Assembly (NCBI GenBank): GCA_900554815.1
Contig: USIO01000001.1
Location: forward strand, 10,389 to 74,388
Direction of reading: 5' to 3'
DNA length: 64,000 nt
Source: an uncultured Clostridium sp.
GTDB lineage: Bacteria; Bacillota; Clostridia; TANB77; CAG-508
Part shown: positions 19,315-29,060 of the stretch, in pieces
How positions within the stretch are numbered: the stretch's first letter is position 1
How the letters are laid out: the number at the start of each line of letters is the position of its first letter
Made by a program: the position numbers and the translations under genes
Notes under the pieces: generated by a model
The model's database searches: none
The model's input: the letters and a program-made list of their open reading frames with translations, nothing else
What the model was told of the DNA's origin: nothing

Positions 19315-21277
19315 TTATTCCTCAATCATATTTTCTAGTTCTTTTATTTTATCTCTAAGTTCTGCCGCTTTTTCAAATTCCATTTGACTTGCATGTTTTA
19401 ACATTTCATCAGTTAATTTTGTAATAATATCTTTAATATCTTCATCTTTTTCAATATTATAATTATTACTAATACTTTCTACAATAGTTGCTTTAATTGT
19501 ATCTCTAACAGATTTTTTTATAGTTTGTGGAGTAAGATTGTGGTCAATATTATATTGTTTTTGAATTGCTCTTCTTCTATTTGTTTCGCTTATTGCCTTT
19601 TCCATAGAAGATGTTAGTTCATCTGCATACATAATAACTTGTCCATCTGTATTTCTTGCGGCACGTCCAATAGTTTGTATTAGTGATCTTTCTGAGCGTA
19701 AGAACCCCTCTTTATCTGCATCTAAAATAGCAACTAATGACACTTCTGGTAAGTCTAGTCCTTCTCTTAATAAGTTAATTCCTACTAAGACATCAAATTC
19801 TCCTATTCTTAAATCACGTATAATTTCCATTCTCTCCAAAGCTTTTGTTTCTGAATGCATATATTTTACTTTAATACCTAATCCCTTTAAATAAGAAGTT
19901 AAATCTTCTGCCATTTTTTTAGTAAGTGTAGTAACTAAAACTCTTTCTGATTTTTCAGTCCTTAAGTTGATTTGTTCTATTAAATCATCTATTTGATTAA
20001 TTACAGGCTTCACTATAACTTCAGGATCAAGCAATCCCGTAGGTCTTATAATTTGTTCAACAATATTTCCTCTAGAATGTTCAATTTCATATTCTGCAGG
20101 AGTTGCACTTACAAAAATACATTGATTTATTTTTTTTTCAAATTCATTAAATTTCAATGGTCTATTATCATATGCAGATGGCAAACGAAATCCATACTTT
20201 ACAAGTGAATCTTTACGTGATTTATCTCCATTATACATGCCTCTAACTTGTGGAATTGTAGCATGTGATTCATCTATTAATAATAAAAAATCTTTTGGAA
20301 AATAATCAAATAATGTATAGGGAGCACTTCCTTCTTCTCTACCGCTAATATGTCGCGAATAGTTTTCTATTCCCGAGCAAAACCCAGTTTCTTTAAGCAT
20401 TTCTATATCAAAGTTAGTTCTTTCTTCTATTCGTTGTGCTTCTATTAATTTATTATTATTTTTAAAAAATTTTATTCTTTTTTCTAGTTCATCTTCTATT
20501 GTTATTACTGCTCTATCTAATTTTTCTTTACTAGTTACATATTGCGAAGCTGGTGGAATTAAAACATGTTTTCTTGAGCCTATTGTTTTTCCTGTTAAAG
20601 GATTTATTTCATTTATTTTTTCAATTTCATCTCCCCAGAATTCCACTCTAACAGCAGATTCACTTTCAGATGATGGATATATTTCTAGTACGTCTCCTTT
20701 AGCTCGAAAAGTGCCTCTTTTAAAATCTATTTCATTTCTTGAATATTGCATTTTTATCAATTTTTTCATTACATCATCTCTTGATTTATTCATTTGTAAG
20801 CGCAAAGATAACATCATTTCTTGATAATCAACTGGATCTCCTAATCCATAAATACATGATACGGAGGCAACAATAATTACATCTCTTCTTTCAAATAAAG
20901 CCAATGTTGCTGAATGACGTAGTTTGTCAATTTCATCATTAATTGAAGAATCTTTCTCAATATATGTATCTGATGAAGCAATATATGCTTCCGGCTGGTA
21001 ATAGTCATAGTATGAGACAAAATACTCCACGTTGTTTCCGTGGGAAAAACTCTTTGAATTCAGAATATAGCTGTCCAGCTAAGGTCTTATTATGTGCTAA
21101 AACCAATGTTGGTTTCTGAACTTGCTGAATAATATTTGCCATTGTAAAAGTTTTTCCAGAGCCCGTAACTCCTAGAAGTGTCTGGAATTTCTTGCCCTCT
21201 TTTATTCCATTAGATAGGTATTCTATTGCCTTAGGTTGGTCTCCTGTTGGCTTGTAATCTGATACTAATTTGAACAT
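19315..21277 (-). pseudogene. uvrB: Excinuclease ABC subunit B; frame broken once at an in-frame CGG (21040..21038)
   Basis: N-terminus with GVTGSGKT ...SEFKEFFP. Then, in the +1 frame, [19 protein letters not shown]... continues through the helicase motifs and the UVR domain to the stop at 19315. Confidence 0.95.
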
Positions 21278-21321
21278 ATTTCCTCCTTGTGACCTTGTTA
21301 AAAATGAACACTATTAACCAC

Positions 21322-21419
21322 AAAAATTCGTGTAATTCTCAAAAAAATTCGTGTAAGAGGTAATTTTATAGTAAAAATTTCGATAAATTTGGTAACATAA
21401 AGTGGCTTTACACGAATTT
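21322..21419. promoter_or_regulatory. Repeated motif aaaaattcgtgtaa (x2 direct, 21-bp spacing) plus an inverted copy ttacacgaattt, upstream of uvrB
   Basis: Copies at 21322-21335, 21343-21356 and 21408-21419. Candidate operator array. Confidence 0.35.
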
Positions 21420-21510
21420 GGTCACAAACTTTATTTAAATTTCCGAGACATTGGCTCGTAAAATATTATAGCACACTTATCATTATTTTTTGAATTTTTA
21501 CAGAAATAAA

Positions 21511-22062
21511 TTATCTCATTATTTCGGTATTCTCTTTAACTTGCAGTCTTTCTTTATAGTAATCAATAACTGCTTGTAACTCCCTATCAAAATATAATCT
21601 TCTTGGATTATCACTTTTTTTGTTATTTAAAATTTCTAGAATTTGATTTATAGAATAAAACTCAACTGTAAATCCACCATTTTTTTCATTTTCAGTTAAA
21701 TCTCTTTCATCGGAAATATTTTCTATATGTCCGAGATAATAATAAGTTACAGCTAATCTATTTATTGTATTTCCATTTCTTTCAGGATAATCTGGTTGAA
21801 AATATCTTACTTTTACAAATGGTTTTAATTGTTCAGGTTTCATATCAACACCTATTTCTTCCTTTAATTCCCTATATATTGTTTCATCTGGAGTTTCTTT
21901 TCCGTCAATTGAACCTCCTGGCAATAGGAAAACACCTCCATAATTTGCGACTAATATTTCATTTGAAGAATTAATAAATATTGCTCTACTTTTTAATTTC
22001 TTCTTTGTAAACTGCTCATTGATATTCTCATCATTGATTATTATAGTTTTCATTATTTCCAT
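21511..22062 (-). CDS. NUDIX hydrolase
   Basis: Nudix box GGSIDGKETPDETIYRELKEEIGV. Confidence 0.85.
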   Translation of the reverse strand: MEIMKTIIINDENINEQFTKKKLKSRAIFINSSNEILVANYGGVFLLPGGSIDGKETPDETIYRELKEEIGVDMKPEQLKPFVKVRYFQPDYPERNGNTINRLAVTYYYLGHIENISDERDLTENEKNGGFTVEFYSINQILEILNNKKSDNPRRLYFDRELQAVIDYYKERLQVKENTEIMR

Positions 22063-22116
22063 TCCTTTTTTATAAGATGTTTCAATTACTTTTATACTTG
22101 AATAATTATAATATAT

Positions 22117-23415
22117 TTATTTAAGTGCATTCCAGTGTCCATTTTTATTTGCTCCTATACGTTTAATATACTCTTTATTCTTTAAGGAACGCAAAATTTT
22201 ATTAATATAGGATTCACTATAATTAGTCAATTTCACAAAATCACTAGTTTTATAAGCATTATTATCTTTTATTAAAGATAATATTTTGATTTCTGATTCA
22301 TTTAAATCTGTATATATATTTTCCACGTTAATGCCATCCAATAATTTTTTGTTAAGTGGTATGGTAACAATCACAGTGTGCTCACTAATATAAAAGGCAT
22401 TCTTTCCATAGTTTTTTACTATCAGTGGAATACCATGCCCAGTTTGATCAATATAATCTAAATCTGAAAAAATTTTCAAGAGCTTTTTATTAATAGGTTT
22501 CGAAACTCCTGCAAAAAAATCTTCTTTTGTTAACGCTGATGGTAATCCCCCGTTTGATACAATTTCTATTCTGTCATCGTATATATAAACAGCAGGTGGA
22601 ATTTCTTCAGCCCACTTTGTATGAATACAAGCATTTAGCCATGCTTCTTTAAAAGAACTAAAATCAAAGTATTTTTCTTCTTTTCTTTGAATTCCTCCAA
22701 CTTTTACTTTTGTTTCATTTATGCTTTCCATATATTCTAAAACATTATTAACAGATAACAACAAACATTTTCCACCATATTCAGTTCTTTTCAACATTAC
22801 TGCTTTGTCTAATCCTGCAAAAGTCACTACTTTAATAGATATATCATTAGAGTCCGCTAACAGCTCAGCCATAAAATTAAATTTACCATCATTTGTCTTT
22901 AATCCTAGATTATCCTCAAATTTTTCATTATTAATTCTAATATCATTCGATATATATAATCCTTTTAACATCTTAAATGTTAGATTTTGATTAGAGGCTA
23001 ATTTATTAACTATATAATCTGGTTCTCCCTCTCTATTTATTAATGCTTTTAACATTTCTGGAGAAAGTCCTCTATCTTCATCGAATGATCTACTATAATA
23101 TTTTCCAAATGCTGAATATGGAATATCATTTCCTTTTGCAAACACTTTGATAACCTTTTTGTCTCCTATCAATTCTAATGCTATATTAGGAATTATTTGC
23201 GGTTTTATGCCTTCAGCTATCTTTCTTGATATATCTCTTAAAGTATTTTCATTTAAATCTTTTTGTCCTATTACATCTCCATTGTTTTTTACTCCAAAAT
23301 ATACTGTTCCTTCTCCATGTTTATTCAACATAGCTGATAATGATATTACTCCTTCAATAATTTCGCTTGTACTCTTTTTAAATTCTACTTTTTCAGTCTC
23401 CATTCCTAAATTCAT
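22117..23415 (-). CDS. AlbA_2 (Schlafen-like) DNA-binding domain protein with a C-terminal wHTH; putative transcriptional regulator
   Basis: ETEKVEFKKS... AlbA_2 N-terminus. C-terminal HTH (ILSLIKDNNAYKTSDFVKLTNYSESYINKILRSLKNKEYIKR). Start moved to ATG 23415, behind GGAGGG. Confidence 0.75.
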   Translation of the reverse strand: MNLGMETEKVEFKKSTSEIIEGVISLSAMLNKHGEGTVYFGVKNNGDVIGQKDLNENTLRDISRKIAEGIKPQIIPNIALELIGDKKVIKVFAKGNDIPYSAFGKYYSRSFDEDRGLSPEMLKALINREGEPDYIVNKLASNQNLTFKMLKGLYISNDIRINNEKFEDNLGLKTNDGKFNFMAELLADSNDISIKVVTFAGLDKAVMLKRTEYGGKCLLLSVNNVLEYMESINETKVKVGGIQRKEEKYFDFSSFKEAWLNACIHTKWAEEIPPAVYIYDDRIEIVSNGGLPSALTKEDFFAGVSKPINKKLLKIFSDLDYIDQTGHGIPLIVKNYGKNAFYISEHTVIVTIPLNKKLLDGINVENIYTDLNESEIKILSLIKDNNAYKTSDFVKLTNYSESYINKILRSLKNKEYIKRIGANKNGHWNALK

Positions 23416-23446
23416 ATTATCCCTCCAAAGTATAAAATAATTTTGC

Positions 23447-23482
23447 TTTATTCTATACTTTATTCTATACTTTATTCTATAC
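23447..23482. repeat. 12-bp tandem repeat tttattctatac x3 in the promoter of the AlbA_2 gene
   Basis: Three perfect copies. On the minus strand each copy carries TAGAAT. Confidence 0.9.
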
Positions 23483-23490
23483 TTTGTCAA
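23462..23490 (-). promoter_or_regulatory. Sigma-A-type promoter TTGACA-N17-TAGAAT for the AlbA_2 gene
   Basis: Minus strand TTGACA (23490..23485), a 17-nt spacer, then TAGAAT (23467..23462). Confidence 0.5.
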
Positions 23491-23688
23491 ATTTTTAATG
23501 AAATTATGTTATCCTACATGAATTGGGTCACAAACTTTTTTGTTTCTTTAGTTTTATTTAGTTCTTTTAGGCTTATTTAGTCATTTTTTTAATAAACTAA
23601 GTAATTGTGCATTTTCTTCTAAGTCTTCTTTAAATATATTTCTTTTAAATTCTAAAAACTTTTTTATGTGTTAAAATATGTGTCGTTT

Positions 23689-25644
23689 TTAGTTTGCTAT
23701 AATTCCAACAATATGTTGCTTAATTTTTATGATATCTGTTACACTTATTTTTCCGTCTATATTAGCATCAGCTGCTATCATTTCAATTTCCTCTAAAGTT
23801 TCTAATCCAACTACATTTCTTTTTGCTTTTACTAAATCTGTTGTTGTAACATTGCCATCACCAGAAATATCAGCAATTATTATTAATATATACTCTATAT
23901 TTCCCGATAAATTTAATTTCATTCCCGTTCCTAAAATATCATCTTGTTTCAATTCAATTCCATTATTATTAACTATTTTATAAGAAGCATTAGTAGTAAT
24001 TAATTCATCAAAAAATTGTTTTGTTGTATTTGACGGTATATTATATATTATCTTTTTATTATTATCAATTTTATAATTATTAGAAGTAATTGGGTCTAGT
24101 TCTAGATTATAAATTACAATTTCTTTTGTAACTTCATTGCCTGATTCGTCTATTGCATATAAAGTATAAACTCCAGTTTTGTCAATATTAAAATTTGTTT
24201 CTATAATTTTCCCAAGTAGTCCTTCTCCTATTACATTGCCATTATCTTTAAAATACGATATTTCTTTACTTCCTTCTGCCCACTTAATTCTTCTAATATA
24301 TGAATCTTTACTTGTAACAGTTACATTAATTTGTTTAGGATTATTACTATCTTGTTGTAAAGTGATTATTGGCTTTTCTATAGGATTTTGTTCATCAATT
24401 CCTAGAATATTTTTAGTTAACATATAAGAGTATCCATGTTCATCTTCCACATAAACATTTATTATGCAATCATTTTTAACAGAGTATTTTCCTATTACAC
24501 TCTTGCCTCTTATAATTGTAATTTCTTCTCCATTTTCTTTAAAATAATCTAAATCTATATTATCCCCTATTTCCACTTTCATTTTTACTATATCACAAAT
24601 ATTATTTGTTGCACTAATTGTTAAGTCTCCTTTGTTTTTATTGTCCAATTGTGCAATTGAAATTTGAATATCCTTTTTTTCTTCAAAAATTTCTTCGTAT
24701 ACCATCTTTTGGTAGCCAAGCTCGTCTTCAAAATAGAAAACATATGTATTATCTTCTGGTGCTATATAAATTATGTCTACATTTTTGCCTTGTGTAAATT
24801 CTAAATCTTCTCCTTTATTTTTAAAATCTTCAAATGTAGTAATTTCTGATTCTTTTGCAACTTTTATTTTTATTATATTGCAAATTGTATTTGTAGCTTT
24901 TATTCTTACCTGCCTTGCAGTTTCTTCATTAAAAATATCAACATAAATTGGTGTAGTTTGAGTATCTAGGTATATTTGATATATTGATTCATATCCTTGA
25001 TTATCCTGTGCATATATAACATAAATTCCGGGTTCTGTAATTTGAGTATATTTTGCAGAAACATTAGAACTTGGTATAAATTCTATGTTTGTTCCTTCTT
25101 TTGAAAAATCAATATTTTCATTTGGATTCTCTTTTTTGGCAATTTTTAAAGCTTGAATAATATTATTTTTGCTTGTTACTTCTATTGTTATATGTAGAGG
25201 GTTGTCTTTATCTTTAATTAAGTTAATGCTTGGATACTCACTAGGGTCTTTTAATGTTATTCTGCTTAAAAACTTGTCTCCTCTAGAATTTTTAGCATAA
25301 ACTGTATAACTTCCATATCCGTCTAGCAAAAAAGATAATTTAATTTCTTTAGAAGGGTTAATATCAAATGTATAAACATCGCTATTGTTTTCCTCAAAAT
25401 AGTTAATTTCATCAAGTTCCACATATTTATGAGCATATTTTAATTCTGTAATGTCATATTCTTTATCTGTTGCGATAATATTAATTTTGTTTAATTCTTG
25501 CTCATCTCTTTTTAGTTCAACATAAAGTGTACCACTTGTCTTGTTGCTATTATTTGCATTTACATTTAAAGAAAATATTATTTGCAAAATTATTATGCTT
25601 ATTATTATAAACAATATTATTGTTTTTTTTCTCATTATTCTCAC
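23689..25644 (-). CDS. Secreted multi-repeat (Ig-like, about 95-aa units) protein with a C-terminal type I dockerin
   Basis: Signal peptide. At least 5 related repeats (..ATN.ICNI.K.KVA.., ..Y..EDE.GY..). C-terminus DISGDGNVTTTDLVKAKRNVVG...ADANIDGKISVTDIIKIKQHIVG has two dockerin Ca-binding segments. Confidence 0.8.
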   Translation of the reverse strand: MRIMRKKTIILFIIISIIILQIIFSLNVNANNSNKTSGTLYVELKRDEQELNKINIIATDKEYDITELKYAHKYVELDEINYFEENNSDVYTFDINPSKEIKLSFLLDGYGSYTVYAKNSRGDKFLSRITLKDPSEYPSINLIKDKDNPLHITIEVTSKNNIIQALKIAKKENPNENIDFSKEGTNIEFIPSSNVSAKYTQITEPGIYVIYAQDNQGYESIYQIYLDTQTTPIYVDIFNEETARQVRIKATNTICNIIKIKVAKESEITTFEDFKNKGEDLEFTQGKNVDIIYIAPEDNTYVFYFEDELGYQKMVYEEIFEEKKDIQISIAQLDNKNKGDLTISATNNICDIVKMKVEIGDNIDLDYFKENGEEITIIRGKSVIGKYSVKNDCIINVYVEDEHGYSYMLTKNILGIDEQNPIEKPIITLQQDSNNPKQINVTVTSKDSYIRRIKWAEGSKEISYFKDNGNVIGEGLLGKIIETNFNIDKTGVYTLYAIDESGNEVTKEIVIYNLELDPITSNNYKIDNNKKIIYNIPSNTTKQFFDELITTNASYKIVNNNGIELKQDDILGTGMKLNLSGNIEYILIIIADISGDGNVTTTDLVKAKRNVVGLETLEEIEMIAADANIDGKISVTDIIKIKQHIVGIIAN

Positions 25645-25958
25645 TCTCCATTTATTTATTATATCACATTTCGTTGCATGTTTCTATACTAATATATAAA
25701 TCATATCTTAATTATAAATTGCAATAATAAGTATCTTGCAAAAAAATTACAAATAATTTTACAACTCTAATTATATTTGACAAAACCATGTTAATATTTT
25801 TCTTTCCTTTCTCTGGATTTCCTCATTTATTTTAAATTTAACATAGAGTATTATATAATATTTAATAATATAAGTAAATGGTAGTATAATAAAAACGTAA
25901 AAAGCTTGTATATTGTAAAACATACTAGTCTTTTACGTTTTTATTGTTAAAGCTAATT

Positions 25959-27218
25959 TTAATTTATATAAGTAATCGTAACATTTTCATTATTGAGTAA
26001 TCCTTCTAATTCAGCTCCATTTATTACGTTATTTAAATTATTTCTGTCTAATATATATATATTACAAGTATCTGGGGGAAGTGGATTAGATAAATTCTCT
26101 ATTTTTATATTTGAAGATGAAATTTCTGGCATTTCTACTTCTTCTGAAACTTTCTCTGTACATATTTCCTTTAACGTTGGTGGCAATAATATTTCGCTGT
26201 TATTTATTTTCAGGTTAAAATTTATTTCATTTGTTGAAGTAATCGAAGTGGATGCTTCTCCATACATGTTGGCTATAGTACCATAAAAATTTAAATAACC
26301 AATTTTCGGTAAATATACACTATCATTTAAAATCATATTACCATTTTCTGCTACCGCACATGTTTCATTATTAACGTATATTATACCTTCTTCCTCTGTT
26401 GTGCTTTCATGGAAAAAAGCAGAAAGCAACATTTCATTACTTTTAACTCCAATTATTAAATTTTGCGTAAATAAGTTTTTAGATATCTTTGTTATTGGTT
26501 TTCCATTTATATAACTTGGTATTATGATTATGTTTGTTTTGCTTATAAATTCTTTTGCCTCTGTTTCTGTCAATGGTATCGTACCAGTATAATTTGAATT
26601 TAACCCTGTAATATATATTTCTTCACCTAGGTCCTTATAAAGAAATTGACTTGCATCTCCTTGTACTTCTACTATAGTGGTCGTTTTTATAGGATTACAG
26701 ATTATTTCATTATCTTCACTATCTTTGGCCTTTGCATATATAGTATATTCTGTTCCTTTTGCAGTTTTGTAATTTGTTTCGTCAACTATCGCTTTAGGCA
26801 AACCTATGAATGTATATTCATTTGAACTTTGTAGTTCTGTATAGTTTGTTCCATCTATGCTAAATTGATAATCTTTTAAATTATTTTTATTTATTTTTAC
26901 TGTTATATTGTCTTCCTTGCGCTCCACAACTTCCAACAATGCATCTTCATTATTTATTTCATCTAATTCATTTAGTAAAGTGTTCATTTCATTTTGTTCG
27001 CTTTGTATTGCATTGTTCATTAAGTCAGCAACGTCTTGTGCCTTTTTTATTATCCCGTCATCTCCTAATAAATCTGTAATGGTTACTCCTGCTAATATTA
27101 GCAAGACAACGATAGTTATTACAAGAGCTACTAGGGTAATACCCGTTTCCCCATTAGTTTGTGTCAAGTAATTGTTTGCAATTTCCTTTAATGTTGATTT
27201 TGTTTTCATTTTATTCAA
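25959..27218 (-). CDS. Prepilin-type N-terminal domain protein (pilin/pseudopilin-like surface protein)
   Basis: GETG/ITLVALVITIVVLLILAGV resembles a class III signal/methylation motif, but lacks Glu at +5. Large C-terminal domain of unknown fold. Confidence 0.55.
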   Translation of the reverse strand: MNKMKTKSTLKEIANNYLTQTNGETGITLVALVITIVVLLILAGVTITDLLGDDGIIKKAQDVADLMNNAIQSEQNEMNTLLNELDEINNEDALLEVVERKEDNITVKINKNNLKDYQFSIDGTNYTELQSSNEYTFIGLPKAIVDETNYKTAKGTEYTIYAKAKDSEDNEIICNPIKTTTIVEVQGDASQFLYKDLGEEIYITGLNSNYTGTIPLTETEAKEFISKTNIIIIPSYINGKPITKISKNLFTQNLIIGVKSNEMLLSAFFHESTTEEEGIIYVNNETCAVAENGNMILNDSVYLPKIGYLNFYGTIANMYGEASTSITSTNEINFNLKINNSEILLPPTLKEICTEKVSEEVEMPEISSSNIKIENLSNPLPPDTCNIYILDRNNLNNVINGAELEGLLNNENVTITYIN

Positions 27219-27472
27219 TTCCTCCTTTGTATAAAAACATTTTTTTGTCTTTAAACATTATATATGTTTTGACGATTTTTATCAATGCTTTTACCAATAT
27301 GAAAATATAAATTTTGTCAAATGTGGAATTTGATAAATTTTCGGACAAATATATAAATCATATCTTAATAAATATTTTATAAATTTTATTAAATCTATAG
27401 ACTTTTTTATTTTTATTGTGTATTATTATATCATAATATTAAAATCATTTATATATTTTAGGAGGCAAACTT

Positions 27473-27898
27473 ATGAAAAAAATTACTTTTATATTAGTAG
27501 TAGCAATTTCACTTATTTGTTTATTTGTAGTTAATGCATACGCATTAGATATGAACTTAATTAATAGTATTAGAGAAAATGAAATGGAAAGTTTTGCTGA
27601 AAACCTTTATACTAATTCATTTTCTAATAGCACAAATTCTAATTCGCCTGGTATTGAAATAGACTTAACGCAAAATTCATCTAATAATGCAAATACAAAT
27701 ACAAGTACAAATTCAAATTCGGCAAATGCCAATAACTTTTCAAATACGCCAATATATAGTAATTCTATATCCTCTGTAATAGATAGTGCAACAGATTCTG
27801 AACTTAGTATGGCTAACATTTTAAACATTTTATTGCTTGTTGTTGGAGTTTTACTCATTTTATTAGGAATTGCAATAATTATAAAAATGAAAAAATAA
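27473..27898 (+). CDS. Secreted Asn/Ser-rich protein with a C-terminal TM anchor, hypothetical
   Basis: Signal peptide, low-complexity NSN/NTN tract, C-terminal LLLVVGVLLILLGIAIIIKMKK. AGGAGG RBS. Confidence 0.6.
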   Translation: MKKITFILVVAISLICLFVVNAYALDMNLINSIRENEMESFAENLYTNSFSNSTNSNSPGIEIDLTQNSSNNANTNTSTNSNSANANNFSNTPIYSNSISSVIDSATDSELSMANILNILLLVVGVLLILLGIAIIIKMKK

Positions 27899-27906
27899 AT
27901 TTTATA

Positions 27907-27932
27907 AAAAACAGATTATTTTATCTGTTTTT
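27907..27932 (+). terminator. Terminator
   Basis: Stem aaaacagat / atctgtttt, followed by a T-run. Confidence 0.55.
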
Positions 27933-28007
27933 TATTTTTTTATATGAATATTTTTTTATAAAAAAAACAATAATATAAATAGTTCAAAAAAATTATAGGA
28001 GGATATT

Positions 28008-28430
28008 ATGAAAAATAAGTTGTTATTATCTATATTAATAATATTTACAATTTTTTTAATTTCTATTACATGTTTTGCTAGTAACACAAATTTAGAAAAT
28101 GAATTAAAAGACTCTATAAATAAGAGTGAACATACAATTGAAAACGCAGGTGAGACTGTAAAAAATATAGCTTCGGATGTTGGAAATGGAATTCAAAATG
28201 CTGCTAGTGATATTGGTAGAGGAATTGAAAATGTATTTCATGCTAGTAGTAATGATATGGCTGATTCTAGTGGATATGCAGCAGCTAGAACCTCAACAGA
28301 TGCTTCTAGTTCTGGAGTGAGTGGAATAAGCAGAACTACTTGGATATGGCTAATTATGGGTACTGTGGGAATTGCGATTATTGCTTTAACTTGGTATTAT
28401 GTAACACAAAACAATGAATTACGTAAATAA
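28008..28430 (+). CDS. Secreted protein with a C-terminal TM anchor, hypothetical
   Basis: Signal peptide, repeated NxASDxGxGIxN motif, C-terminal TM WIWLIMGTVGIAIIALTWYY. AGGAGG RBS. Confidence 0.6.
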   Translation: MKNKLLLSILIIFTIFLISITCFASNTNLENELKDSINKSEHTIENAGETVKNIASDVGNGIQNAASDIGRGIENVFHASSNDMADSSGYAAARTSTDASSSGVSGISRTTWIWLIMGTVGIAIIALTWYYVTQNNELRK

Positions 28431-28444
28431 ATATTATTTGATTG

Positions 28445-28472
28445 GAGCAGATTTTTGTTCTGCTCTTTTTTC
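28445..28472 (+). terminator. Terminator
   Basis: Stem gagcaga / tctgctc, followed by TTTTTT. Confidence 0.6.
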
Positions 28473-28556
28473 TTATTTAGTGTATTATTCCTGTCATATT
28501 GCTTTTTATTGAATATTTGTTATAATAAGATTATATTATTAATGAGGAGATTTGAT

Positions 28557-29042
28557 ATGGCAAAAATTATTTCTAAAAATCCTAATGCCAATCATAATTA
28601 TTTTATATTAGATACATTGGAAGCAGGAATTGTTTTAAGTGGTACAGAAATTAAATCAATTAAAAGTGGAAAAGTAAATTTAAAAGATTCATATGCAACT
28701 ATAAAAAATGGAGAAATATACATATATGGATTACATATTAGCCCATATGAACATGGAAATATTTACAATAAAGACCCTTTAAGAGATAGAAAATTACTTC
28801 TAAATAAAAACGAAATTAATAAATTAATAGGATTAATTAAACAAAAAGGATATTCATTAATTCCTGTTTGCTTATATTTTAAAAATAATTTTGTAAAGGT
28901 TGAACTCGGAATTGCAAAAGGTAAAAAGTTGTATGATAAACGTAATGAATTAGCAAAAAAGGATGCTATGCGTAATATTGAAAGAACTTTAAAAGAGAAA
29001 AATCAGATAAAGCTTTTATCTAAAGTTAGCTTTAAAGCATAA
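28557..29042 (+). CDS. smpB: SsrA-binding protein SmpB
   Basis: [29 protein letters not shown]...[22 protein letters not shown]. Start moved to ATG 28557, behind GAGGAG. Confidence 0.93.
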   Translation: MAKIISKNPNANHNYFILDTLEAGIVLSGTEIKSIKSGKVNLKDSYATIKNGEIYIYGLHISPYEHGNIYNKDPLRDRKLLLNKNEINKLIGLIKQKGYSLIPVCLYFKNNFVKVELGIAKGKKLYDKRNELAKKDAMRNIERTLKEKNQIKLLSKVSFKA

Positions 29043-29060
29043 GATAAAAGCTTTATGAAT

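Noticed and set aside
21278-21330. LexA (Cheo) box upstream of uvrB
   Set aside because: The best candidate, gaacactattaac, does not fit GAAC-N4-GTTC. I report only the repeated attcgtgtaa motifs and make no LexA-box claim for uvrB.
23447-23482. Possible CRISPR-like or coding repeat
   Set aside because: It is a 12-bp unit without spacers, in three copies only, and it sits in a promoter. The apparent YRIKYRIKYRIK peptide lies upstream of the RBS-supported start at 23415.
29043-29060. Expected tmRNA (ssrA) downstream of smpB
   Set aside because: Only 18 nt separate smpB from the convergent ytfJ. No GGGG...CCACCA-type tmRNA sequence is present in the window.
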